A DNA stretch of 63,910 nt, the filler included, from Octopus bimaculoides (Eukaryota): NCBI RefSeq assembly GCF_001194135.2. It is 4 parts of 4 records of this genome, joined end to end, with 100 filler letters (N's around TTAATTAATTAA, not from the genome) between each part and the next. Parts side by side here need not be neighbours in the genome. Positions count along the whole stretch, not along the records: positions 1 to 21,226 come from NC_069010.1; 3 more parts are not named here. The stretch is one strand, 5' to 3'. The notes under the pieces are model-generated. The model was not told where the DNA came from and did no database searches. It worked only from the letters and a program-made list of their open reading frames with translations. Of this stretch, positions 1 to 11,499 are shown piece after piece (the first letter of the stretch is position 1; each line of letters begins with the position of its first letter). Made by a program: the position numbers and the translations under genes.

Positions 1-180
1 TATATATATATATACATACATATATATATATTATATACATATTACATATACATGTATGTATGTATGTATGTATGTATATATACGCATATATATGGATACA
101 TGTCTGTCAGAGTGTGTTTTGTATATTTGTGTGGATCGACAAAAGATAAACGATATGCATGTATGTGTAAAATAATGTGC

Positions 181-211
<31 letters not shown>

Positions 212-265
212 CCTATATGTATGTATATCTATATTTACCTGACTATCAGTCTCTCTCTCTCTCTG

Positions 266-352
<87 letters not shown>

Positions 353-600
353 GTGTATGTGTATACACCAACACGCCTGAAACATATGAGATCTCATGTT
401 TATTCATGTATATACGCACATGTATAATTTAAATATTTATATGTATATACATACATTTACACCACCCATAAATACACACACACTCTCTCTCATTTTCCCT
501 ATATATATATACGTGTGTGTCTGTGAGTGTGTGTGTATACATAAATACATTATTTATGCATGTGTGTGTGTGTATACATAGACACAGGCACAAACAGACA
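1..600. repeat. Compound microsatellite tract (TA)n/(TATG)n/(CT)n/(TATC)n/(TG)n
   Basis: Directly visible; source of the spurious YIYI/VCVC ORFs. Confidence 0.95.
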
Positions 601-621
601 TAAACACACACGTACATACAG

Positions 622-738
622 TCATCTACCACCACCACCACCACCAGCACACCCAGGTTTCCCATCACTGGCGGAGTCTACAGCGACGATGGTTTCAATA
701 ACATGCGATACTTCTCCATAACCTCTCAAAACAAACAG
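622..738. other. Candidate short exon, strand ambiguous
   Basis: Plus: cag|SSTTTTTTSTPRFPITGGVYSDDGFNNMRYFSITSQNKQ|gtattt (117 nt, phase 0-0). Minus: gag|(G)YGEVSHVIETIVAVDSASDGKPGCAGGGGGGR* (722-622, phase 1). Non-repetitive island between microsatellites. Confidence 0.25.
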
Positions 739-1119
739 GTATTTGGGTATATGTATAGAATAACAGTAACGGGTGGCAGTCGGGTGGATTGGTGCGGCAT
801 AGGAGGTCTGTGTATGGGGGTGGAGAGGTGATAAATATACGCTGGATAGAATGATGTGGCCGTGCAGGAGTATGTATGGGCGAGACTTGAGTATTTCAGT
901 GAGGTGGCGTTGTGATGTTTTAAGAATTCTCTGGAATGGTGATGTCTGGGGTTCGTATTGGCTGCACGGATTTGATATTGCTGTCCTTTAACACCAGGTC
1001 AGTCTTGATTCTTCGGATTTACTATCAAAAGCAATCCAACGGTGACAATCACGTATTTTCCCTCTGTGCAGGAAACACAGTGCCATATTGTCGAACGTGT
1101 TCTTTATTGAAACAGATTT

Positions 1120-1260
1120 TGAGTGATATTTGGCTGTTATTTCTGCCAGGTCTAGCTACCATATACATACATATATACATACATAAGACAGTCAGGTGTG
1201 ATTTGGGGGAAATCTGCCTGCTGTTTCTACCAGGTTTAGCTACCATGTAAAAGTCTCCCC
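1120..1260. repeat. Two tandem copies of a dispersed repeat motif (gatttggctgttatttctagcaggtctagctacca), also at ~2905-2975 and ~13200-13265
   Basis: Similar copies seen at several positions; possibly a LINE 3' UTR fragment. Confidence 0.5.
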
Positions 1261-2173
1261 TAAGGCTCATATANNNNNNNNNNNNNNNNNNNNNNNNNNN
1301 NNNNNNNNNNNNNNNNNNNNNNNNNNNNNNNNNNNNNNNNNNNNNNNNNNNNNNNNNNNNNNNNNNNNNNNNNTATTTATATATATATATATAAAACATT
1401 TATATATGTATATATACAAACAATTATATATAGAACATAAAACAATTATATATATTAATTTTATTATCAATCAGCTGAAATTAGAGTGACTCAAGGTATG
1501 ATCATTTCATGAATTGACACTTAAGAAACTGGCTTCAAATTATGAGGATTACCTTCACATAGTCTGGTTAAAATAATAAATTTCTGGATTATTCTAGAAT
1601 AAATTGTAAAAACAATTACAAAGTCCTGTGAATAATGTATGGTTTTGATATCGATTGCCTGTTAAGCAATTCGATAAAGAATAAATAGGGAAATATAAAA
1701 GCAATGTCACAGGAAGGAGTTACATGCATATATTTTCATACACACACACACATATAGACAGCTATTTATATATGGGGGTCAATACACATGTAAAGATAAT
1801 CATATTATATATACAGGTCTTATGTGTATATGAAGGGAGATGAAGGGCAAAAAAATCCATGAAAACAGGGACCAGAAGCAGGAGAGGTCTCTTACTGTAG
1901 AAGGAGTTACATAACTTCTCTTGTCTTAGAAGAGAGGGCAGGAGACTGACCGAGCTGGAGTTGGAAGGAGATTGAAATAGACATCAAGTTTGTCAATTTG
2001 TAATTACACAAACGAAATGTAGAGGAGATATCGAAAGTGAACGAAACGAAATAGAGTGGAGTTATCTGTTTTATAAAACAATACCTCTACGAAATTTAGA
2101 GTGTATATACAAAAATTGTTGGTAAGGACAGAGTATTTTGTTTTGCAACCATAAATATACAACGAAGTATATC

Positions 2174-2406
2174 AAAGTTAATACTGTGTCTTTCTTCTTG
2201 TGTTATCAGTGCAATGTTCTCATGTTTTAAGTTTAACTCAATAGATTTTTAACAGAATTTAGAGGCAGCCCTGAAAGTTGCAATGTCTCATACACAAATA
2301 CATCTTTGTAATCAAATGTGATCAAAGATAGAAAAAATAAGGGATCTTAGACTCATTCATATATGAGACGTAACTTTCACTGCTGGCTCTAGATTCTATG
2401 AAGAAT
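2174..2406 (+). repeat. Inverted repeat, left arm (partner 5876-6126)
   Basis: aaagttaatactgtgtctttcttctt...tgctggctctagattctatgaagaat is the reverse complement of 5876-6126, with a few substitutions and an 18-nt indel. Confidence 0.9.
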
Positions 2407-3213
2407 ATATAAAAATAAAGACAAAAATTGATACGAAAAAGGGATACGAAATTTGGCATAGATATTGATGTTTTAAATTGTTATCTCTATGTTGTGTAGA
2501 GCAGTTATCAATTTTGTAAATATATACACTCTAAAGACAATTGCTATATTTCTTGGCATCATTTTCCTACAATAAATCCCCAAAATTCACCATACGTTCG
2601 AGAAGGTGCATGGTACATTCAAAACCCCAGAAAATGGTTACCTATGCCAGAGTTTCTTGAAATGGGTTCTGAGAATCCTGATGGTTATACGAAAAAATTC
2701 TGGGGTTCTTTGTGTCTTTGAATAAAATTTTGAATTTAAGAAATCCTTTTGTAAGATAAATGTTATTTCCTTGTCTCTCTATATTATTACTACCCATCTC
2801 TTGCACCCACTACTCGTAGGAGGATCCTGGGGGTAGAATCTTTAGGCCCCTCTTCCATAGGGTCTGACTGCATAGCTTCTTGACTGGCTCATACATAGAT
2901 AAAAGAGTAAGGTGTGATTTGAGGAAGATTTGGCTGTTATTTCTAGTAGGTCTAGCTACCACGTAGAGACTCCTCTGCCTTCCTATTGAAGAGAGCTGCA
3001 GAGGAATGGGATGAGGTAGAGAGTTTTAGTGAGAAGTGGAAATCTGAAGTGAGGCGGGGGAGATAGGGGCGAGGTGGGTATGGTGTGCATATGGTTGACA
3101 ACGGCACCTTTCCTGAGACTGCAAATGAACCTGAAACTACGCACACACAAATACACATATACATACATACATATATACATCCAAACTCCAGTGGTCTGAC
3201 ATACACACATACA

Positions 3214-3219
3214 TTTATT
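3214..3219 (-). terminator. Possible polyadenylation signal
   Basis: AATAAA on the minus strand ~200 nt after the stop codon. The hexamer is common in AT-rich DNA. Confidence 0.25.
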
Positions 3220-3423
3220 TGTTCACGATCAAAGAATTGGAAAGAGTTAATAATTCTGATATTTTGGACAATATGCTCTTCTTCAGACTTATAGCTATAC
3301 AGTGGGAAGGCACGAGAACAAGGGAGAAAACACAGACAAAATATTTCACATGTGTTGGTTATTTTACATGGTACACACACACACACACACAAACATGCTC
3401 ACACAAACATAATAATGGGATAT

Positions 3424-5108
3424 TTAATATAAAAACACATTATCAATTTCATTCCCTGTTTCTGAGACGGTAGATATAACTATCTGAATCTCAGTGTTGG
3501 TATTACCATTGTTGTTGTTGTTGTTGTTATTATTATTCCTAATTATTTTGTCCAAATTGTCCAGTTCATTTCTCCTTTTGCCACAGTTGTTGTTGTTGTT
3601 GTTGTTGTTCCTGTTGTTGTTGTTGTGGTTGCTGCAGTCATCGCTGTCGGTGACGTAGTTAGCTATTGACAATTTCCTCGTTATCTGTTGTCTCTGAAGT
3701 TCCACCAGGGATCCATTGTCGCTCAGTCGACCTTGGTCCTCTCCTGCCTTGCCATTCCCTGCTGTTAATGTTATGTTGCTTGTCTTGTTGTTGTTGTTGC
3801 TGTTGGTGGTGGTAGACGTGGAGAGAATTTCCTGCCTCCATTCCTCGTCTGAATCACGGGAATCGACAAATCCCAAATCATCCTCCATTGTAACATTCCT
3901 TGCATTTCGGCCACTCATTTGCTGCTGGTCGTGTTGGTGGCCTTCATCCTTCGCTTCCCAGTTCCATGCCTGGGAGATCGAACTACTGCCAAAACTTGTC
4001 GACATCGGTTCCTCACCACTGCTGCTGTTACCACTGCTGCTGCTGCTACTGATGTTGACGTTGTTATAAAAGTGATTTCTTTTGGCCAAAACAAATTGGC
4101 CGCTGATGATATTCTCAGTCGGTTCCTGTAGCTTAGTACAGATTATCCGATGCTGAAAGTCGCTGCCGCCATCATGGTAAAGATAATTGTCAACGTTTTT
4201 GTTGTTGTTCTGGTTGTTGATGTGATTGAAGTCGGTGATGTCGAATTTGTCTCTGATCACTTGGTGGCCTCGAAGCGCCAAGGACGTTGCAAGATGTCTG
4301 AAGCTCTTTGGCACATACTCATTGATATTCGTCGTGTGAGTGCCACCCCCTCTGCCAATTCCACCATACCCACTGCTGACATCGTCCCCATAGTTTCTGC
4401 TATTCGTGTTCTTGTTGTTGTAAGCGCTCACGTAGTTGACACAGACATTCGACGCCATTCTCAGTTCCGATGCAGCAGCTGAATTTGCAGGGGCCATGAG
4501 GCATTTGGGGTTGTCATAAGCTCGTTTATCTTTCCTGTTGGAAATCTTTTCTAAGAAACTCATCTTAGAACTCTTCTTGTTGTTCTTCTTGTTCTTATTT
4601 CTCAGCAAAGTTGAAGAACTTTTCCCGCGTTCGTCTGAGTTTGTTGACGAAAGCCTTCTGCTATGTATAGCATTGTTCAACACACCATTTTTGTATTTTG
4701 AATGCAAGTCTTGGTAATTGTTTCCATAAATTAACGGGTTGTTGCTCCCGGAAACATTTTGAGCAGATGCAAACTGCATCCTTCGGTATGCATCAATGTC
4801 AAAATAATTCTTCGAAGGAGACAAATCGTTTTCGCACCAAAGATTGGCCAACGAATAAAACATAGCTGAATGATGATAATCGTCACCATCATCCGCATAT
4901 GTTTTAATGAGGTTATTTTTCCTTTGGTTGCGGGATGCAGCCCGCTTGTAACGATGCCGACCTGTGATTAGACGGTGCCAAAGAGAAGGCATGTTTCGGC
5001 TGTTTATGGTTTTGGGTGCTGTCAACCAAAATATCTTGGTTGTGTACTTTGAAATTCTTGCGTCTCCCTTTTTGGTTGATGCGTTTGGTTTTGAGTTTGG
5101 GAGAAAAT
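3424..5108 (-). CDS. Large coding exon of an unknown Asn/Ser-rich low-complexity protein (522 aa from the first ATG at 4992; frame open from the splice acceptor)
   Basis: Stop-free frame of ~560 codons in AT-rich DNA. Strong acceptor tttcttatatcttttacag|AT at 5109-5110; the frame stays open from it (FLPNSKPNAST...KIFWLTAPK...MPSLWHRL...). First ATG has A at -3 (aacATG). TAA at 3424-3426. No recognisable domain. Confidence 0.75.
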
Positions 5109-5135
5109 CTGTAAAAGATATAAGAAATATATTGT
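5109..5135 (-). promoter_or_regulatory. 3' splice site (polypyrimidine tract + CAG) of the large exon
   Basis: Minus strand reads tatatttcttatatcttttacag|attttc. Confidence 0.7.
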
Positions 5136-5272
5136 AAAAAAAAATATTTTTAATATAAAAATTATATAAACTAAATAAACTTTTTTAAATAAATATTTCA
5201 TAAATGTTGCACAGATGACTGGACAAATTTATAGAGAAATAAATAAACAATTGATAAATAAATAAATAAATA

Positions 5273-5875
5273 GGCACAGGCATGGCTGTGTGGTAAGAAG
5301 TTTGAGGCGGCGAGCTGGTAGAAACCTTAGCACACCGTGCCAAATGCTTAGCGCTATTTCGTCCATTTTTACGTTCTGAGTTCAAATTCCGCCAAGGTCG
5401 ACTTTGCCTTTCATCCTTTCGGGGTCGATAAATTAAGTACCAGTTACGCACTGGAGTCGATGTAATCATCTTAATTCCTTTGTCTGTCCTTGTTTGTCCC
5501 TTCTGTGTTTAGCCCCTTGTGGGCAATAAAGAAATAAGAAGCCTGATTCCCAACCACATGGTTCTGGGTTCAGTCCCACTACATGGGATCTTGGGCAAGT
5601 GTCTTTTACTGAAGACTCAGGCAGACCAAAGCCTTGCGAGTGAGACTGGCTCCTGTGCATGGCTGTTGCCAGTACCACCTGACTGGCTGGCCCATGTGTC
5701 AGTGGCACGTAAAGGCACCCCCTACACTCTCGGAGTGGTTGGCATTAGGAAGGGCATCCAGCTGTAGAAACTCTGCCAAATCAGATTGGAGCCTGGTGTA
5801 GCCATCTGGTTCACCAGTCCTCAGTCAAATCGTCCAACCCATGCCAGCATGGAAAGTGGACGTTAAACGAAGATG
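5273..5875 (+). mobile_element. tRNA-derived SINE (D-type head, gat-repeat E-type tail) interrupted by a second SINE
   Basis: Head ggcacaggcatggctgtgtggtaag resumes after the insert as cccaaccacatggttctgggttcagtccc; ends ggacgttaaacgaagatga. Confidence 0.85.
5305..5534 (+). mobile_element. Family C SINE nested in the host SINE head
   Basis: ggcggcgagctgg...gttctgagttcaaattcc...aataaagaaa; TSD taagaagtttg / taagaagcctg (5294-5304, 5535-5545). Confidence 0.9.
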
Positions 5876-6126
5876 ATTCTTTATAGAATCTAGAGCCAGC
5901 AGTGAAAGTTACGTCTCATATATGAATGAGTCTAAGTAAACAATATGATCAAAGATCCCTTATTTTTTCTATCTTTGAGCACATTTGATTACAAAGATGT
6001 ATTTGTGTATGAGACATTGCAACTTTCAGGGCTGCCTCTAAATTCTGTTAAAAATCTATTGAGTTAAACTTAAAACATGAGAACATTGCACTGCTAAGAT
6101 AAGAAGAAAGACACAGTATTAACTTT
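5876..6126 (-). repeat. Inverted repeat, right arm (partner 2174-2406)
   Basis: Matches the left arm; carries an extra taaacaatatgatcaaag and begins at the end of a SINE tail. Confidence 0.9.
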
Positions 6127-8962
6127 AATTTAAGAATCAAGGAAGCTTTACTCATACACAGACTAGGGCCCCAAATTAACAACAGGATGGAAGTTGGTAA
6201 TCAATATATTATTTAGCTAGATCTGGATGTGTGTAGGTTAATTCTTAATAACATGCTCATGTATTGTTTACAACAACAAAAAATTAAAAAAAGAGAAGCT
6301 GTACGTATAACACATAACTTAGAATCAGCGCCACAGATGTACCAACACAACACACACGAGATTGAAACATAGCCGACCTCACGCACTTCTCATGAGGAAT
6401 TCCAGAAGGAGCTTCGTGAGACCACTCCTGAGACACTTCCGAAAAAAGGAAAACCGTTGGAAAACAGTTTATAGCAGAGACTCCAGCAAAGAATATCTGA
6501 AGACGGAATTGTAATTCCGAAATATCATCGGACTATGGATAACCAAATTACAACAGGTATATTAGTCCATTTTTTTGTATTATAATAGTGCATTGTTGTA
6601 CCATTCTAAACTTTTCATTCTTTAAAAAAAAAACCTGTTTAAAATTATGAATTGATGATAATCAGTTAATTACCTTTTTACTTGTATTGGTCTGTTAATT
6701 GGTTTCTTAATTGGTCTGTTAATTAGTGGTTTCAGGAGAGACAAGATGTATGATCCTGTTCCCTCAACAGACAACTTACTATCTGAAGTCCAGTTTGACT
6801 CAGACTGGAAATGTTAACCACCTCCTCCTCTTCCTCCTCCTCCTCCTCCTCCTTGTAATATCACTCTTTTCTCCCTCTCACACACCTTCGCTTCCTGCCC
6901 CTGCTCCTCCTGTTTCTCCACCCACTCTCCTTCAATAAACCTACCTCTCCCCTCTTCTCCATTTCTTCCCTCCTTCCCACCCCCTTCTTTCTACTTTCTA
7001 TTCCATCAACCTCCAACTGTCAAAACCTGCACCTCTTACTCCCCACCCCACCCCTCCTCTCTGCAGACTCTCATTGTCTCAACCCTTCACCCCACCACCT
7101 GAAACTTACCTCTTCCTTTTCCTCAAAACCTCCCACTCTCTCACTGCTAACCAGTAAGATCTCTACTTCTCAACCCCTCAATCTATCTCCCCACCCCACT
7201 TAAACACCTTTTTGTTATAAACCCTAAACTTCTCTTCTCCCCTTAACACATCCTTTTATAAACCATTCTGATGCTAGCCCATTCTCTCATTAACCCCTAA
7301 ACCTTTCTTCTCATAACAAGCCTCTTCTTCACCCCTAAACATATGTCCTTTCCTCTAGAAATATATTTTAAGTACCAAAGCCCTGTTCTGTTTAGAGATT
7401 CTGTTTATTAAAGTTCCTTCCTTTCTATGAAAATAGTTTTTCAAGTTTACTTATTAGATATTCAATGGAAATTAGAAACCAGAATGTCACTGATTACAGG
7501 TAGAAAATGAAAATTTATAACCTGGGTAGAAAAAGTTACAAGTTCACGAGACGGTTCTCATAAATATTTCAATTCCCACAGGTTGACAATGAAATCTGGC
7601 TGTCACTGAGAGCTGACATACATTTGTGGACATAGTTCTTTGTGTTATATATCCAAAACAACTGCATCAGACCTGCTATGTCGCTATTTAGTGTAATATT
7701 TTGTAATAAAATGTTATTTTATGCATTTCAGATCGGAAACATTTTCTATATTTATCGTAGCGCAGTCATTTTATTTTTACAAATGGCATTATGCTATGAT
7801 GCTCCAACAATACCACCAGCCAACATCTAAAAGTGAGACAAGATTTTTATGAGGAACGGCTGTTGATCACGTGTGAAATATCTTCAACAGAAATGTGACA
7901 TGAGTGAAATTGTCGGTCATATCCTGGAAGTTTACATGCTTTTCTGTGTCTTTTTGTTGTTTGTGAATTCTGTAGCTGTCTCCTGTTCAGGGATTGCGGT
8001 AAACATAAAGAAGCTGCACCTTTCTGTTGATTTCATGATCAGCCTCAAGTTTATGAGGAACATAAAGAGAAGAAATGGCTGCCATTTGTGAACGACTTGG
8101 TAACACACACTACCTGCATTTTAGGTTGGATTAGATTGAACAGGCCATGTTCTGTCCACTGCAGGACAAAGGGCTCAGCATGTTTGCTTCTCTTAACCAC
8201 GGTCTGATGTGGAGGCTGTAAATTTCAGCTTCATATCATACTGGTTTGATGAACCTACTCTGTCACACTGGTTTGTCATGGCTGGACAGAGGGGCTCAGT
8301 TTTTATATTCTTCCCCAGGAGTTGCTGAGTCAATTACATCAACCCCAGTGTTCCACTGATACTTATCTTATTGGCCCCAAAAGGATGAAAGGCACAGTTG
8401 CTCTGAGTGGAATTTGAACTCAATTTAAGGGCAGCATTTTGCCTGGTGTGTTAACGATTCTTGCAGCTCCCCAGTTGAGAGGAACAATGTGAAGTGAAGC
8501 GACTTGCTCAAGGACAGAATGTGTTGCTTGAACACATGACTTAATGGATTGTGAAATGGGGCCCCTTATCACTGGGCTGTGCATTTTCATGTAGAAAGCA
8601 CAAGGGTTATGCGTAACTTCTCTCATTGGGGGACATTACTGTAAGGGAAGGTGTAGTGGGGGTTTGTATAGATCAAAAAGGGGCCATGTAAACTGCCATG
8701 TTTGATAAAATTTAAAGAGTTTAAACTGTTTAGACATGTCCAACCCCATTTTTTATTCTTTTTCTCTTTTACTCATATCAGTCATTAGACTGTGGCCATA
8801 CTGGGGCTTTGCCTTGAAGAATTTCTAGTTGAATGAATTGACCCCAGTTCTTATTTTTTAAAGTCAGGTACTTATTCTGACAGTCTCTTTTGCTGAACTA
8901 CTAAGTTATGGGGATATAAACACACCAACAGTGGTTGTCGAATGGTGGCAGGACACACACGT

Positions 8963-9230
8963 GAGGGCACATGGTTCAGTAGTTAGAGCCTCAAGCTTAC
9001 AATTATGAGGTTGTGAGTTCAATTCTCAGATCATGAAGTGGGTTGTGATCTTGAGCAAGACACTTTATTTCACTTCATTGCCCCCGTTCACTCATCTGTA
9101 GAAATGAGTTATGAAGTCACAGGTGCCAAACTGTATTGGCCCCTTTGCCTTTCCCTTGGACAACATCAGTGGCATGGAGTGGGGGAGGCTGGTATGTATG
9201 GGCGACTGCTGGTCTTCCAAACAGTCTTTG
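8963..9230 (+). mobile_element. Older tRNA-derived SINE
   Basis: A/B-box-like head (atggttcagtagttagagc...gagttcaattc) followed by a cttgagcaagacactttatttcac core. Confidence 0.6.
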
Positions 9231-9321
9231 AGATATAAGAACATGTTAGACGAACAAATCTAAAAAAAAAAAAAAAAAGAAATGATAAAACAGTTAGTCA
9301 TGACTGGAATGTCTCAGAGGA

Positions 9322-9695
9322 GTTTTGTTGGCACTCCGTCGAGGTTTCCAGTTGATCCGATCAACGGAACAGCCTGCTCGTGAAATTAACATGCAAGTGG
9401 CTGAGCACTCCACAGACACGTGTACCCTTAATGTAGTTCTCGGGGATATTCAGCGTGACACAGTGTGACAAGGCTGACCCTTTGAATTACAGGCACAACA
9501 GAAACAGGAAGTAAGAGTGAGAGAAAGTTGTGGTGAAAGAGTACAGCAGGGTTCGCCACCATCCCCTGCCGGAGCCTGGTGGAACTTTAGGTGTTTTCAC
9601 TCAATAAACACTCACAACGCCCGGTCTGGGAATCGAAACCACGATCCTATGACCGCGAGTCCGCTGCCCTAACCAATAGGCCATTGCGCCTCCAC
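9322..9695 (-). mobile_element. Family A tRNA-derived SINE, full length
   Basis: Reverse complement of the copy at 26493; 12-bp TSD tgtctcagagga (9310-9321, 9696-9707). Confidence 0.92.
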
Positions 9696-10042
9696 TGTCT
9701 CAGAGGATAGATCTGGTTGATTAGGGAAGATTTCATACAAAACAATGGCGTTTATTTACAGCTGGGAGTATCTAGAGTTGGTGTTTATTCATAAAAGAGA
9801 GACCATTTGAATAACATTGCTTCAAGGACAGAACCTTGCTGATGGGTGAGAATTTCTGATGTCATCATTGACGTCTTTTGATTTTAATTAGTCAATTGTT
9901 GTATGTAATTGTATTGGGTTGGATGGGGTGAACACAACTCCTCGCCCACGTGCGTGCACACACACACATCTCTCTATCTGTCCATCCGTCCATCGGTCTG
10001 TCTGTTTGTCTGACACTGTCAATCTCTCTGTCTATATGTGTT

Positions 10043-10075
<33 letters not shown>

Positions 10076-10084
10076 TTATATACA

Positions 10085-10497
<413 letters not shown>

Positions 10498-10715
10498 TAA
10501 TATATATATATCTACACACACAATAATGATATACACACATACAGTGGGAATGTTATTGAAACCAGTTTCCTCGTTATCTCGTTAAGCCTCGTGTTCTCTG
10601 GGTCACGTTTGTCTCTTTGGTGCAGAACCTAAACAATAAACAATTTCTCAATGTTTTCACCTGGAATGCATTTTTTAGGGTCGCAAGCAGAAGGATATCC
10701 TTTGTTGCTTATCTC

Positions 10716-11005
10716 TTACTGGTTTCAGTCATTTGACTGTGGCCATGCTGGGGCACCACCTTGAAGAATTGACCCCAGGACTTTTTTTTGTCTTTTGAAG
10801 CCAGGTGCTTGCTCTGTTGGTGTCATTTGCTGAACTGCTAAGTTATGGAGATGTAAACAAACCAACAGTGGTTGTCAAGCAGTGATGGGACACACACGTA
10901 CACATTTTTTCAGTTATTTGACTGTGGCCATACTGGGGCACTGCCTTGAAGGGTTCTAGTTGAACAAATCGATCCCAGAACTTATTTTGTTAGGCCTTGC
11001 ACTTA
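10716..11005 (-). mobile_element. Two family D SINE 3' fragments, inverted relative to the 10085 copy
   Basis: tttcagtcatttgactgtggccatgctgggg... occurs twice. Confidence 0.75.
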
Positions 11006-11299
11006 TTCTATCGTTGCCAGTGCCCCTGGACTGACTCTTGTGCGGGTGACACATAAAATACACCATTTTGAGTATGGCCATTGCCAGTACCACCTGACTG
11101 GCCTTCGTGCGGGTGACACGTAAAAGCACCTAATACACTCTCTGAGTGGTTGGCATTAGGAAGGGCATCCAGCTGTAGAAACTCTGCCAGATCAGATTGG
11201 AGCCTGGTGTTGCCATCCGGTTTCACCAGTCCTCAGTCAAATCGTCCAACCCATGCTAGCATGGAAAGCGGACGTTAAACGATGATGATGATGATGATG
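11006..11299 (+). mobile_element. Family E SINE 3' part with (GAT)n tail
   Basis: Nearly identical to 5670-5875; ends ggacgttaaacgatgatgatgat. Confidence 0.85.
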
Positions 11300-11499
11300 T
11301 TGGTGTCTTCAGCAGTGTAAAATAATAAATATGAGTTGAGGGAACTTGTGGACATTCGATGGGTGTTTTGCTGGAGGAAATTGGAAAATGTAGTTTTGTC
11401 TGTTGTTATTGTGAGGGGTAGATGATGGTGAAGGGTAGAATAGATAGAAAGATGTGGATGGGTGGATGGATAGACAGAGAAATAGATGGATAGATATAT

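Noticed and set aside
3659-4482. Short ORFs overlapping the large exon in other frames or antisense
   Set aside because: Shadows of the low-complexity coding strand.
7215-7345. CCCTAA-containing motifs as an interstitial telomere
   Set aside because: Only three isolated hexamers in a pyrimidine-rich tract, not tandem.
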